From a virus (Duplodnaviria > Caudoviricetes), in the IMG/VR virus record IMGVR_UViG_3300033144_003713, positions 1 through 56,210 of that record: DNA of 56,210 bases; one strand, written 5' to 3'. This document shows, piece by piece, positions 38,640 to 46,969 of this stretch. A model generated the notes under the pieces. It was not told where the DNA came from, made no database searches, and worked only from the letters and a program-made list of their open reading frames with translations. Each line of letters opens with the position of its first letter. The first letter of the stretch is position 1. The position numbers and the translations under genes were made by a program.

Positions 38640-39359
38640 TTAGCGAGACGGATCAACTGTGATCTTGGTAACCTTCTTGGCCCAGAAGGAATAAACTTCA
38701 AGAATGTTGATACCGCTCGCAGAGAGCCCACCGGAAGGTGAGGCTCCAGCCTGAACCTGTTGAGACTCACCGACGAAGACTACGTCTTCGATACGTTGAG
38801 CTACATGTACTTCGTCAATATCGCCGAAGTGCGTCCAGATGTCAACAGGAACAACATCTAGATGCGGGTTTTGAACATCAAACATATCCTGGAACTCAGT
38901 GAATCTTTGATTGCTGTTCTGATAAGTAGTTTGAGCCATCTGAGCTAGGGCTGACATTCGCGCCAGAGATGCAGGTCCTGCAATAGCAGCCTGCAACAAT
39001 AGTGTCATACGCGATGAAGCTGTTCCGTCTCTCATCTCATTGAGGTACGTATCAGTTGCGGCCTTACCATTCTGTGTTAGTCCGGCGATGTACCTCTTCG
39101 CTCCCTCACTTGAGGAGACTCCATTGCGTGCCTTCTCAACTGCATACTCAAGATACCCTGGGTACCTAAAGTTGATTGAGATAGTGCCTGTCACTAGCTT
39201 CTTACCCAGTGCAGCATTGGCCACCTCCTCTTGGAAGTAGTTGTACATAGGTGTGCGGCTGTTGCGGTACTGCCAGTCGATGCTATAGGCATCGTCCACG
39301 TGAAGGGCCCCAAGATAGATCGAGGTCTGGCTGGGTGTGATGTAGTTGCCGTATGCCAT
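38640..39359 (-). CDS. Tail-tube-like protein (tube initiator/baseplate-proximal paralogue)
   Basis: IDWQYRNSRTPMYNY...ALGKKLVTGTISINF parallels the tube motif. Start reassigned to the TAATG at 39359 (239 aa). Confidence 0.6.
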   Translation of the reverse strand: MAYGNYITPSQTSIYLGALHVDDAYSIDWQYRNSRTPMYNYFQEEVANAALGKKLVTGTISINFRYPGYLEYAVEKARNGVSSSEGAKRYIAGLTQNGKAATDTYLNEMRDGTASSRMTLLLQAAIAGPASLARMSALAQMAQTTYQNSNQRFTEFQDMFDVQNPHLDVVPVDIWTHFGDIDEVHVAQRIEDVVFVGESQQVQAGASPSGGLSASGINILEVYSFWAKKVTKITVDPSR

Positions 39360-40276
39360 TATGGTGTACTCGAAACTGGAAGAGACTTTAGCTTTTCCTT
39401 TTTGATCCACTCTCTAGTATGCCCGGAGTCATCGATACCGAATGGGTTCAGGAACGCCTCGGTTGCCTGGTCCTGTCGTGACCATATCCAGTTCTTCTGA
39501 GGAGCTGCCCAGACAGGACTACCTCTAACGTGGAGGAACTCCTTAGATAGCTTATGTCTGCTAGTCTTCTTGAAGTTAAGTCTATTGAGTATGCTTGGAT
39601 CAGGAAGTAGAGGGTGGTAGTAGCGAGCTACGTATGTGTATGTGTTCTCGAGGTAGAGGTCGTCTACCGAGAAGGTCTGACCAAAGTTGGTCAGAGTCAC
39701 GTCACTAACAGCAGCATGAGATACGTTGCCGTACTCATCAGAGGCAACCACTAGCATACTGAACATCGGTAGCTCGTCAGTGAAGAAGGGCTGGTCAGAG
39801 GCCTGCTCTCTATGTGAGCTTATGATTTGTCCGAGGAATGGGTCGGCTGGTCCAGATACACAGACAATAGAACCGGCGATGGTACGGGCACCACGGGTAT
39901 ACTCAACGACATGACTCTCGCCGAGCCTGCGCACAGGGTGCACAGACCTCGCAGAAGACACAGACAACGTCTGAATCTCCTTGAATGGAAGGAAGTTGCG
40001 AAGGCCCTGATTGTTATGTCTTGTGTCACCACTGTCGTACAGCAGGTAGATCGCTGTATCTGCTCCTGAGTAAGAGTTGAATTCAAGCTCTTCGAACTTT
40101 GAGTTAGGGACTTGACCGAACTTATGTGAGTTACCAGTGAATGGGAACTGCACCACCTCGTCCCAGGTCAGGGAATCGAAGTGGGCATTCTGCGAAGCTT
40201 GACCACTAGACAGAAGACCTAGTTGTTCTAGGAAGCTTCCACTGGGCTTGTTGGTAGTGTTTTGTTGGTTGGCCAT
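39359..40276 (-). CDS. Tail-tube-like paralogue (305 aa)
   Basis: SYSGAD, IQTLSVS.AR..HPV..LG....YTRGARTIAGSIV, DELPMF, DEYG and FSVDDLYLENTYTYVA are collinear with 40348..41040. Confidence 0.7.
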   Translation of the reverse strand: MANQQNTTNKPSGSFLEQLGLLSSGQASQNAHFDSLTWDEVVQFPFTGNSHKFGQVPNSKFEELEFNSYSGADTAIYLLYDSGDTRHNNQGLRNFLPFKEIQTLSVSSARSVHPVRRLGESHVVEYTRGARTIAGSIVCVSGPADPFLGQIISSHREQASDQPFFTDELPMFSMLVVASDEYGNVSHAAVSDVTLTNFGQTFSVDDLYLENTYTYVARYYHPLLPDPSILNRLNFKKTSRHKLSKEFLHVRGSPVWAAPQKNWIWSRQDQATEAFLNPFGIDDSGHTREWIKKEKLKSLPVSSTP

Positions 40277-40314
40277 AATAAAATGAGGCAGCCTCCTTAA
40301 AAGACTGCCTCATT
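40277..40314 (-). terminator. Rho-independent terminator/attenuator hairpin downstream of the tail tube gene
   Basis: The minus strand reads AATGAGGCAG-tcttttaaggagg-CTGCCTCATT followed by TTATT, a perfect 10-bp inverted repeat. Confidence 0.7.
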
Positions 40315-40347
40315 ATTCCTTATCTATCCAGATGATTCAAGATCAAC

Positions 40348-41040
40348 TTAGATGATGCCTCCGCCAGCACGTGGCGACTCACTCCTGCGAGATACATCTT
40401 CGATGCCCTCTCGGATGAACTTCTGGTTACCCCAGGGGATAACGTCCGTGCACACGAATGTGCAGGACTCGTCCACCGTGATGTCATCTACAGACATACC
40501 TGAGCCGGTGTTCATGATCTCGACACCTAGGATGTGCATCGAGGTAACATGTCCGTACTCATTAGCAGCGGTGATCGTCACACTGAACGGTAGGATCTGG
40601 TCGTGGTACTGAGGTCTCGCCGATACCTTGGAGGCACCAACGTTGTTCAGTCCAATACCGCCACCACCGACAGGTGCACCCACAGTGCTTGGAGCTAGTG
40701 TACTGCCAGGGGCACTAGCAACACCAGGGATGTTCTTAGGATCGTACTCAGGACGAACCTCGTATCGGTTAGCAATGTATCTCGAGCGGTCCTGTGTTCC
40801 AAGGATGTCGAGCATTGCCGAACGGTCGAAGACAAGGAAGATCATCGAGCCAGCGATGCCTCTCTTGCCTCGAGAGAATGAACGTGGGTTGGCACTGCCC
40901 ATTGTGTAGAGCGGTGCCTTCTCACGAGTGATTGTGTATGACAGGCCTTGGATCTCTCCGATAATCTCGTTACCGAATGTCACCAGCATGTCAACTCCGC
41001 AGAAGGAGTTGAAGGTCTGACTGAAAGTTGCGTTAGCCAT
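40348..41040 (-). CDS. Major tail tube protein
   Basis: FNSFCGVD...GEIQGLSYTITREKAPLYTMGSANPRSFSRGKRGIAGSMIF...DQILPF...NEYG; follows the sheath gene; strong AGGAGG RBS. Confidence 0.8.
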   Translation of the reverse strand: MANATFSQTFNSFCGVDMLVTFGNEIIGEIQGLSYTITREKAPLYTMGSANPRSFSRGKRGIAGSMIFLVFDRSAMLDILGTQDRSRYIANRYEVRPEYDPKNIPGVASAPGSTLAPSTVGAPVGGGGIGLNNVGASKVSARPQYHDQILPFSVTITAANEYGHVTSMHILGVEIMNTGSGMSVDDITVDESCTFVCTDVIPWGNQKFIREGIEDVSRRSESPRAGGGII

Positions 41041-41065
41041 GGTTTACTGCTTTCCTCCTAAGAGA

Positions 41066-42514
41066 TTACTCTCTGTGTAGAAGAGTCCTGAAGTTGATGG
41101 TGTCAATCTCACCGTAAGGTACGATGTCCAACTCGATGTCCAGGTCGCCTAGGATCTGTTGATCCCTGGTCTGAATGATGGACGCTGTGACTCTCTCAGC
41201 CAGAGTGCTCTGAACCAGGAAGTGTAGTCCCTGGTCTAGTTCATTCTGCATGGCGTTGATGATCTCAGGAGCAGACTGCTTACCAATGTATCTTTCCACA
41301 ATTGACTTCGCAATATCGATGGCCAGGATGACTGTGTCATACGTGGTGATATTAGTGAAGTCAGACTTGGTGTAAGATCCGGCGTTGTGGGCTCCAGTGA
41401 TGCCCTTAGATACAACGAACCCGGTTGAACGGTTAACCATAGTGCAGACACGTGCGTTGAGCAGTGCCTGTGCGAAGCTAGCCGAGACTGTACGAGCCTG
41501 AACAACAGAGTTGATCTGTCTGTTCGTGGCTGACTGGCCAGGCTGGAGCCTGGTCATCAGTGCGGCGAAGGCCATCGCACCGTTAGTGTTCTGAGTGATG
41601 GTTCCACCGAAGCCATTCTGCGCAGCTCTCTGACGAGTGCTCTGCAGTGCCTGGCGGCAGACAGCACCGAAGACTGTCACAGCTCTACCACCATCCACGT
41701 TGTTGCCAAGGTGATCGGTTGCAATGGAGCCATTGCTGTCGCGGGCCCAGCCATCGTAGGCTGCGCTGATGACACCGGGTGACGCTTCTACAGAGCCAGA
41801 GACGTAGCCGGTAAGCTCGCCCTCAGCGCTGTGGTTGTGTAGTCCTGTAGACGAGTTGTCCTCACCACGGATGTGGTAGGGCCACTCGTTGATCTGAGCC
41901 AGCGTAGGTGTGAGGAAGTCTGAGCCGTTGTCCGAAGTCGGAGCAACAGTCCAGTTCTCAAGGTTAGCTGTCTCGAGTAGAGGCCTCAGGCCGACAACAG
42001 CTCTAACGGTATTACCGATAGAGGTTGCACGGTGGCAGAAGTCTCCAAACATTCTGAAGTAGTTAGTACGATTCTCTGAGTAGGCATCGGTACCAGTTAG
42101 CCCGGTAGCATCGATGTAGGCTTCATCAGAGATAATCCAATCGAGAGGGTGATGCTTGAGGTCAGACATGCTGACAGCAAGAGCGTCCCATCGATCATTT
42201 TCGGTACCGTAAGCTGAAGTCTGCGAGCAGATCACAACCTCGACATGATTGGCACCAGCCTCAACAGCCTTCTCTACAGCGAGAGATAGCTCCGAGTCAG
42301 TACCGGCAGCTTCCTTAAGGCTTTCGATAGCCGTAGGGAAGGACTGGATCAGGTAAGGCTCGTTGAGCTGCGCCGAGCTACCTAGAGAGGCAGTGGTGCG
42401 GCCAACGATAGTGAGCTTAGGACCAGGAAGAGGAGCACTCACCCTAAGTCCAAAGTCGCCGATGCTTACAGTCACTCCCGGGAGGGAGTAATTAGCAGAA
42501 GGCGTAGTAGCCAT
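41066..42514 (-). CDS. Contractile tail sheath protein
   Basis: N-terminal LPGVTVSIGD; C-terminal sheath domain (SATNRQI, GFVVSKGIT, SDFTNITT, YIGK, LDIELDIVPYGEIDTI). Confidence 0.85.
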   Translation of the reverse strand: MATTPSANYSLPGVTVSIGDFGLRVSAPLPGPKLTIVGRTTASLGSSAQLNEPYLIQSFPTAIESLKEAAGTDSELSLAVEKAVEAGANHVEVVICSQTSAYGTENDRWDALAVSMSDLKHHPLDWIISDEAYIDATGLTGTDAYSENRTNYFRMFGDFCHRATSIGNTVRAVVGLRPLLETANLENWTVAPTSDNGSDFLTPTLAQINEWPYHIRGEDNSSTGLHNHSAEGELTGYVSGSVEASPGVISAAYDGWARDSNGSIATDHLGNNVDGGRAVTVFGAVCRQALQSTRQRAAQNGFGGTITQNTNGAMAFAALMTRLQPGQSATNRQINSVVQARTVSASFAQALLNARVCTMVNRSTGFVVSKGITGAHNAGSYTKSDFTNITTYDTVILAIDIAKSIVERYIGKQSAPEIINAMQNELDQGLHFLVQSTLAERVTASIIQTRDQQILGDLDIELDIVPYGEIDTINFRTLLHRE

Positions 42515-42526
42515 TGTTTGTCTCCA

Positions 42527-43699
42527 TTAAGAGTAATCATCCCCGACGTCAGGTGCACCATAGAGGGCAAAGTCCTCAGATGTATCAACCGGGTATGTTG
42601 CTTGGTCTGGTTCTGAAGTAAACCAAGGAATAGAATCAGAACTATCTTGTGTTTGAAGCTGCATGTTATAGGACTTGATCTGACCATGTACCTCGACTTG
42701 AATGTCTTCAAGCCTAAAGTAAATCTCTGTTGTTCTAATGGACAGGTCGTGAACTACTCGTGCTTCTTCCTTGTTTCTTCTCTCGCTCCAAGGGAGTGCC
42801 TTTTGCACCCCTAGTTGCATGAGAACATGATTATACCGCATGAAGAACTGTTCTACCCATACGTTGATGCGATCTGCGATCTTTGGACCCAGTGCATACG
42901 TTTGGAATTCCACAATACAATCGAACCATTGGCCCCAGATCTTCTGAGTGGTGTCAGGGTTATCGGGGTCCCTTACAACCATCCTTACCCTATGGCCGAG
43001 CTCTCGAGCAGGACCGAATGGATGGTTAGAGATTGAGGCTGGCTCCCTTCTTACTAGTGCATAGCCCACAACCGGTGTGAAAGGAACGCCTCTTACTTCA
43101 GAGACATCCCCGGATGCGTTCGCTTCTCTGTCCTGCAACAGAGGGCGGATGTCCTCCTTATGCATGAACCGGAGTACCTTGGGTACTCCGTCTGCTTCGC
43201 CGAATGGATCGTGCCATTCAAGGAGGTGGTTCTCAGGAGGACCCACAGACTCCGAGAGGAGGATGCGGCCGTCGAAGGTAGACTGATGCCTATGGTCATG
43301 CGATAGGAGCGCTTCTTTGACCGTATAGGTCTGTTCTGCGGTCTTGTCGTACAGCTTCCAGCCTGTCTGGGGAGTAATCTCCTGGTACGGCATGATGAGG
43401 ACGCGACTGTTTCCCTCATAATGTCCATACTCAGTCTGAGCCTGGAGAGCGTAGTACTCGATGTGTTCGTACAGCTGAATGATGTTGCAAGAGGCGTCGG
43501 CCTGCTGACGTGGGTCACGGCCTCGCTCGGTAAGATCCTCATCATTTGCTTGCTTGTGGCTAGGGTTGCGCAGTCTCCAAGAGAGGTATCTCTTGTCGAA
43601 GACGGGCTTGCCCTGTACTTCCTTAATGCTAGGCCTGTCAATCTCATTAGGCTTAGTGGGAGTAGTGGCCGAGATACGGCGGTTGAAGTTACGAGGCAT
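42527..43699 (-). CDS. Tail terminator/tail completion protein
   Basis: C-terminal GQWFDCIVEFQTYA....ADRINVWVEQFF...YFRLE; lies between the head closure and sheath genes. Confidence 0.6.
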   Translation of the reverse strand: MPRNFNRRISATTPTKPNEIDRPSIKEVQGKPVFDKRYLSWRLRNPSHKQANDEDLTERGRDPRQQADASCNIIQLYEHIEYYALQAQTEYGHYEGNSRVLIMPYQEITPQTGWKLYDKTAEQTYTVKEALLSHDHRHQSTFDGRILLSESVGPPENHLLEWHDPFGEADGVPKVLRFMHKEDIRPLLQDREANASGDVSEVRGVPFTPVVGYALVRREPASISNHPFGPARELGHRVRMVVRDPDNPDTTQKIWGQWFDCIVEFQTYALGPKIADRINVWVEQFFMRYNHVLMQLGVQKALPWSERRNKEEARVVHDLSIRTTEIYFRLEDIQVEVHGQIKSYNMQLQTQDSSDSIPWFTSEPDQATYPVDTSEDFALYGAPDVGDDYS

Positions 43700-44150
43700 C
43701 TACTTGCTCCACACGGCACTGAAAGAACTCAACTCTTCCAGAAGTAATGCCAGCGCCATCTCTCATATCTTCAGGGTCTAGGATCCTGTAAATATTTCTT
43801 ACAGTAATCGGAAGAATTGGGTCCCCATTAGAGGCTGTTTCGATCTCTAGGACAAGATCGCCACGCTTTACAGGGACATAATGCTCAAAATAGAAGTGGT
43901 CTACACCTAGTGCGGCGTCTCCGACAGCGGTATCGATGCTGATATCGGGGATGACTTTCCTTCTATCAGACTTGAGAAGGTAGTCCGTATATGGACGGCC
44001 GGAGGCCTGTCCTGAGCCAAGGATGGTCACCTGTCCGGACTCACGATCAACGATACCCGAGAGACGAGTGGTCGATGAACGTACAACGACCCAGTGGCTC
44101 CTCTTCTGGAACCACTTCACGATCTCTCTTCTCATGCTGATTTCGGCCAT
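43689..44150 (-). CDS. Head closure/neck protein
   Basis: FYFEHYVPVKRGDLVLE...YRI...MRD...GRVEFF is a stopper-like beta pattern; synteny agrees. Confidence 0.6.
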   Translation of the reverse strand: MAEISMRREIVKWFQKRSHWVVVRSSTTRLSGIVDRESGQVTILGSGQASGRPYTDYLLKSDRRKVIPDISIDTAVGDAALGVDHFYFEHYVPVKRGDLVLEIETASNGDPILPITVRNIYRILDPEDMRDGAGITSGRVEFFQCRVEQVDAS

Positions 44151-44605
44151 TAGATGTCGTCGTCTTCCCTGTTCTTATTGTCGAAGAAGTCTCTCATCAT
44201 TTCTTCGGCCATACCTTCCTCGAGAAGGCCTGACATTGCGTATTCCATCTTGGATTTCTTAACGAGCTCGTCTACTCGAGCTCTCATGTCAACATCCGAC
44301 CAATCAAAGTCATTACCAAGCTTGAGTCTAGCTGCTTGCAGTGTAGCTCTAACTACGTGGTCTTGTAGGTAGTCCTTCTCTTCTTCGGATAGCTTGTTGT
44401 GAGGGTTGTTCTCTTTCATCAAAGCAGCGGCTCCCATAAGGGAAGCCACCTGAGATCTGAGCATTGCTGTGGTAATTTCGTATTCCTTCTCTGTCACCAG
44501 TGCCTTAATGTACTTAGAGACTGAGCTCCCAGGACGTAGGATTAGGGCGATCGTCACTAGAGCCAGGAGGAACAAAGCCAGGACTAGGATCATTGCGGTG
44601 GACAT
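44150..44605 (-). CDS. Single-TM membrane protein, possibly LL-H-type holin-like
   Basis: N-terminal TM (MILVLALFLLALVTIALIL), then a helical domain with KLSEEEK...V...L...VDELVKKSK. Confidence 0.45.
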   Translation of the reverse strand: MSTAMILVLALFLLALVTIALILRPGSSVSKYIKALVTEKEYEITTAMLRSQVASLMGAAALMKENNPHNKLSEEEKDYLQDHVVRATLQAARLKLGNDFDWSDVDMRARVDELVKKSKMEYAMSGLLEEGMAEEMMRDFFDNKNREDDDI

Positions 44606-45221
44606 ACTCTCTTCTCTCTAGATGCTTGGTGATCTGGATAGCTACTCTGCGTTCGATCTCGGCATCAAGTTCCTCGCCGGACCAACGCTTCTTACCTGAC
44701 TTGCTGTTCATGTAGGTTCGAAACCATGCACCGGCACTAGCGAGGAGGCCCAGAAGACCACCCCCGCCAAGCACCCATGTCTCTGTTCCGTCTGTGGAGC
44801 CGCCCAGTCTCTTGACAAAGGTATCCATGACTTCGATCATGGCTACCTTAGTCTCAGTAACAGCCTGCGTGATAGCGGCCTTGCGCTCTGACTGGAGTAG
44901 CTCTTTGAGTTTGTCTAGTTCTATGGTCGTGTATGATTGAAGTTCCTCTCGTTGGTGGTTGACTTCCTTGTTCAAGTCCTCCATTGCGTTCTCACGCAAC
45001 TCTTCCAAAGTCTCCTTGACTTCGGGGAGCACTACCTCGGCGACCTCCTTTCCAGTTGCCTCTACCGCTTTAGCAACGCTGTCGTCCATAAGCGGTTTTA
45101 CTTCCTCGACGGTGTCGACCAGGGCTTGTTGGCCCTTGTCTACAACACCGCTCACCCCGCCACAACCTAATGTGGCAGTTAGGACGAGGAGTAGAGGTAC
45201 GATTACGAGCTTGTGCATCAC
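44514..45221 (-). CDS. Putative lipoprotein with a coiled-coil body and a C-terminal TM segment (spanin-like architecture)
   Basis: MHKLVIVPLLLVLTATLG-C lipobox-like signal, long E/K-rich helices, then WVLGGGGLLGLLASAGAWF and a basic tail. Confidence 0.55.
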   Translation of the reverse strand: MMHKLVIVPLLLVLTATLGCGGVSGVVDKGQQALVDTVEEVKPLMDDSVAKAVEATGKEVAEVVLPEVKETLEELRENAMEDLNKEVNHQREELQSYTTIELDKLKELLQSERKAAITQAVTETKVAMIEVMDTFVKRLGGSTDGTETWVLGGGGLLGLLASAGAWFRTYMNSKSGKKRWSGEELDAEIERRVAIQITKHLERREYVHRNDPSPGFVPPGSSDDRPNPTSWELSL

Positions 45222-45224
45222 TAG

Positions 45225-45863
45225 TTAGGAGGCGTCTGGCTCGATAGTAATTTCGTTCGTGTCGTTGTCGTCTGCGGGATTGTCAGAGAAGAGCTCACTT
45301 AGGAGCGGGAGCATCTCTCTTAGCATCTCGAGGTTCGGGTTCTCGAAGCTCTCGGGCATGTCAGGGATGTTAGCTCCAGGAGTTGCCTTATTGGCGAACT
45401 CAGAGAGACTCTTCATTAGCTCATCGCTTAGATCACCAGGACCAACGGCCCAGCGAGCAAGGATACGGAAGTTCTGAGACGAACGTTCGAAGCTAGCAGA
45501 ACTATCAGACTGCTGATAGCCAGCGTTAAGACCTAGATCAAATCCAGCAAGAGAGCCACCGGCCTTGAAGTCTACGTGTAGAGCAGTTCCTTCTTGAGTC
45601 TCGAAGCCCGTGCTTGCAGCACCGGCCATCTCGATCTCACCGCTGCCAAAGGAGGCGCGGTCAATACGGAAGGATGAGATGAGCTTAAGGAAGAACGCAT
45701 CACTCACTCCAGCTTCCTTAGCCATTAGGAACAACTGGACAATCTGGCTGAATGTCTTGATCTGATTAGACGATGCAAGATCGTTAGTCTCTACAATCGC
45801 AGAGAGGATGTCGTGAAGGGCTGGGCCTACTGAGCCCAGTGCCTTCTTAAAGTTCTTTGCCAT
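45225..45863 (-). CDS. Hypothetical protein with a long amphipathic beta-hairpin (212 aa)
   Basis: Helix, then GEIEMAG...LHVDFKAGGSLAGFDLGLNAGYQQSDSS..FERSSQNFRILARW; AGGAG RBS. Confidence 0.65.
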   Translation of the reverse strand: MAKNFKKALGSVGPALHDILSAIVETNDLASSNQIKTFSQIVQLFLMAKEAGVSDAFFLKLISSFRIDRASFGSGEIEMAGAASTGFETQEGTALHVDFKAGGSLAGFDLGLNAGYQQSDSSASFERSSQNFRILARWAVGPGDLSDELMKSLSEFANKATPGANIPDMPESFENPNLEMLREMLPLLSELFSDNPADDNDTNEITIEPDAS

Positions 45864-45865
45864 GA

Positions 45866-46468
45866 TTATCTCCTGTTGTAAACAGTGCTAAGCTGAGCTT
45901 GAAGGAATGAATGCATTCCCGCTAGATGCTCTTGTAGTTCTTCTAGACTGGTAATGCGAGTGGCGCTACCAGGTAGATCTAATTCTACCACGTAGTAGTC
46001 CGATCCACCGTTAGCGGAGACCCAATATTTGGTGCCATTGACATGAAAGATTGGTGCCATGTCATCGAACGTTACATCCTCAAAGGACTTACGTAGCTGC
46101 ACTAGGATTGCATCTCTGTTTCTTTCTGCGGGTGCAATCACACCGTACAGAACACTGAAGGGAGAATTCTCTGCACCGCCTGATACACGCTTGTAATTAG
46201 CGTTCATCACGACCTCAGACTCTCTCTTCTTACCTACCCCGTTAGCCTCGCTACCAACCTCGAGAGACATCTTATATTGAGCCGTGGCATCCTCTACGTA
46301 GTAGTAGTCTGTACGGTCTCCGTCATCAGCTTCTTTGAGAACGTTAGACCGTAGGTCTGCGTTCGCATCGTTGAGCTCTTCGCCAATCGTAACAAGGAAG
46401 TCGCCAATCATCTTGGCTTCCTTCTCGTTGATCATGTTGGTGCGGCGCTTCCTCTTGCGCGGGGGCAT
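45866..46468 (-). CDS. Hypothetical protein (200 aa), helix plus beta-hairpin
   Basis: TAATG-coupled; IGDFLVTIGEELNDAN...YYVEDATAQYKMSLEV. Confidence 0.65.
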   Translation of the reverse strand: MPPRKRKRRTNMINEKEAKMIGDFLVTIGEELNDANADLRSNVLKEADDGDRTDYYYVEDATAQYKMSLEVGSEANGVGKKRESEVVMNANYKRVSGGAENSPFSVLYGVIAPAERNRDAILVQLRKSFEDVTFDDMAPIFHVNGTKYWVSANGGSDYYVVELDLPGSATRITSLEELQEHLAGMHSFLQAQLSTVYNRR

Positions 46469-46785
46469 TAGAGTACCCCTAGCAGAGCCTCAGGTGCCTT
46501 CTTAGCGAGCTTAACCATCAGATCGATGAGCTCATCAGCTCCCTTGTTTAGGAGCGCCTGAGCAGCAACAGCGGGGATGAGAGCCTCTACCTGAGCCTTG
46601 AGCTCAGCAGCTTTGTCGTCTGCTACCTCACGACGAGCCTTCATGGCCTCGTCAGTCATGCCTATATAGTCTACGGGCTTCCATCTACGCTTCAGAGCGT
46701 CCCACTCGTAACCAGCCTTGTTGGACATAATATGCCTCCATGATTTCTCTTTGCGATAGTCCGCATAGAACTCTCTGCTAACCAT
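46468..46785 (-). CDS. Hypothetical helical protein (105 aa)
   Basis: Tiled ORF with an 8-nt overlap upstream and TAATG downstream. Confidence 0.6.
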   Translation of the reverse strand: MVSREFYADYRKEKSWRHIMSNKAGYEWDALKRRWKPVDYIGMTDEAMKARREVADDKAAELKAQVEALIPAVAAQALLNKGADELIDLMVKLAKKAPEALLGVL

Positions 46786-46960
46786 TGAACTTCGGGTTCT
46801 TTTTTACGAGACCCTCTGCGATCAACAGCCTACAAAGCTTCTGAGATACATCCAAGGAGATGTTTAGGTGTTCAGCAATGACCTCTGGGTCGACGTTGCC
46901 GTTGTTGGCAACGACGAGGAGAGCGTCCTGCTTCATGATGTTAAGTTCTTGATAGTCCAT
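46778..46960 (-). CDS. Small winged-helix-like DNA-binding protein (60 aa)
   Basis: DPEVIAEHLNISLDVSQKLCRLLIAEGLVKK matches the wHTH pattern (IA..L.IS...V...L..L...GLV); AAGGA RBS. Confidence 0.6.
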   Translation of the reverse strand: MDYQELNIMKQDALLVVANNGNVDPEVIAEHLNISLDVSQKLCRLLIAEGLVKKNPKFNG

Positions 46961-46969
46961 GGTATTCCT

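Noticed and set aside
18658-42514. Extracellular contractile injection system or tailocin
   Set aside because: Portal, protease and major capsid genes are in the same operon, so this is a complete phage morphogenesis module.
43093-43719. 208-aa alternative-frame minus-strand ORF overlapping the tail terminator gene
   Set aside because: Nested out of frame in a gene with a plausible function; S/R/T-rich with no motif or clear RBS.
46440-46468. NLS-like N-termini (MPPRKRKRR; also FKRKRK at about 4080-4096) suggesting eukaryotic targeting
   Set aside because: Short basic stretches arise readily, a downstream Met could be the true start, and everything else points to a prokaryotic host.
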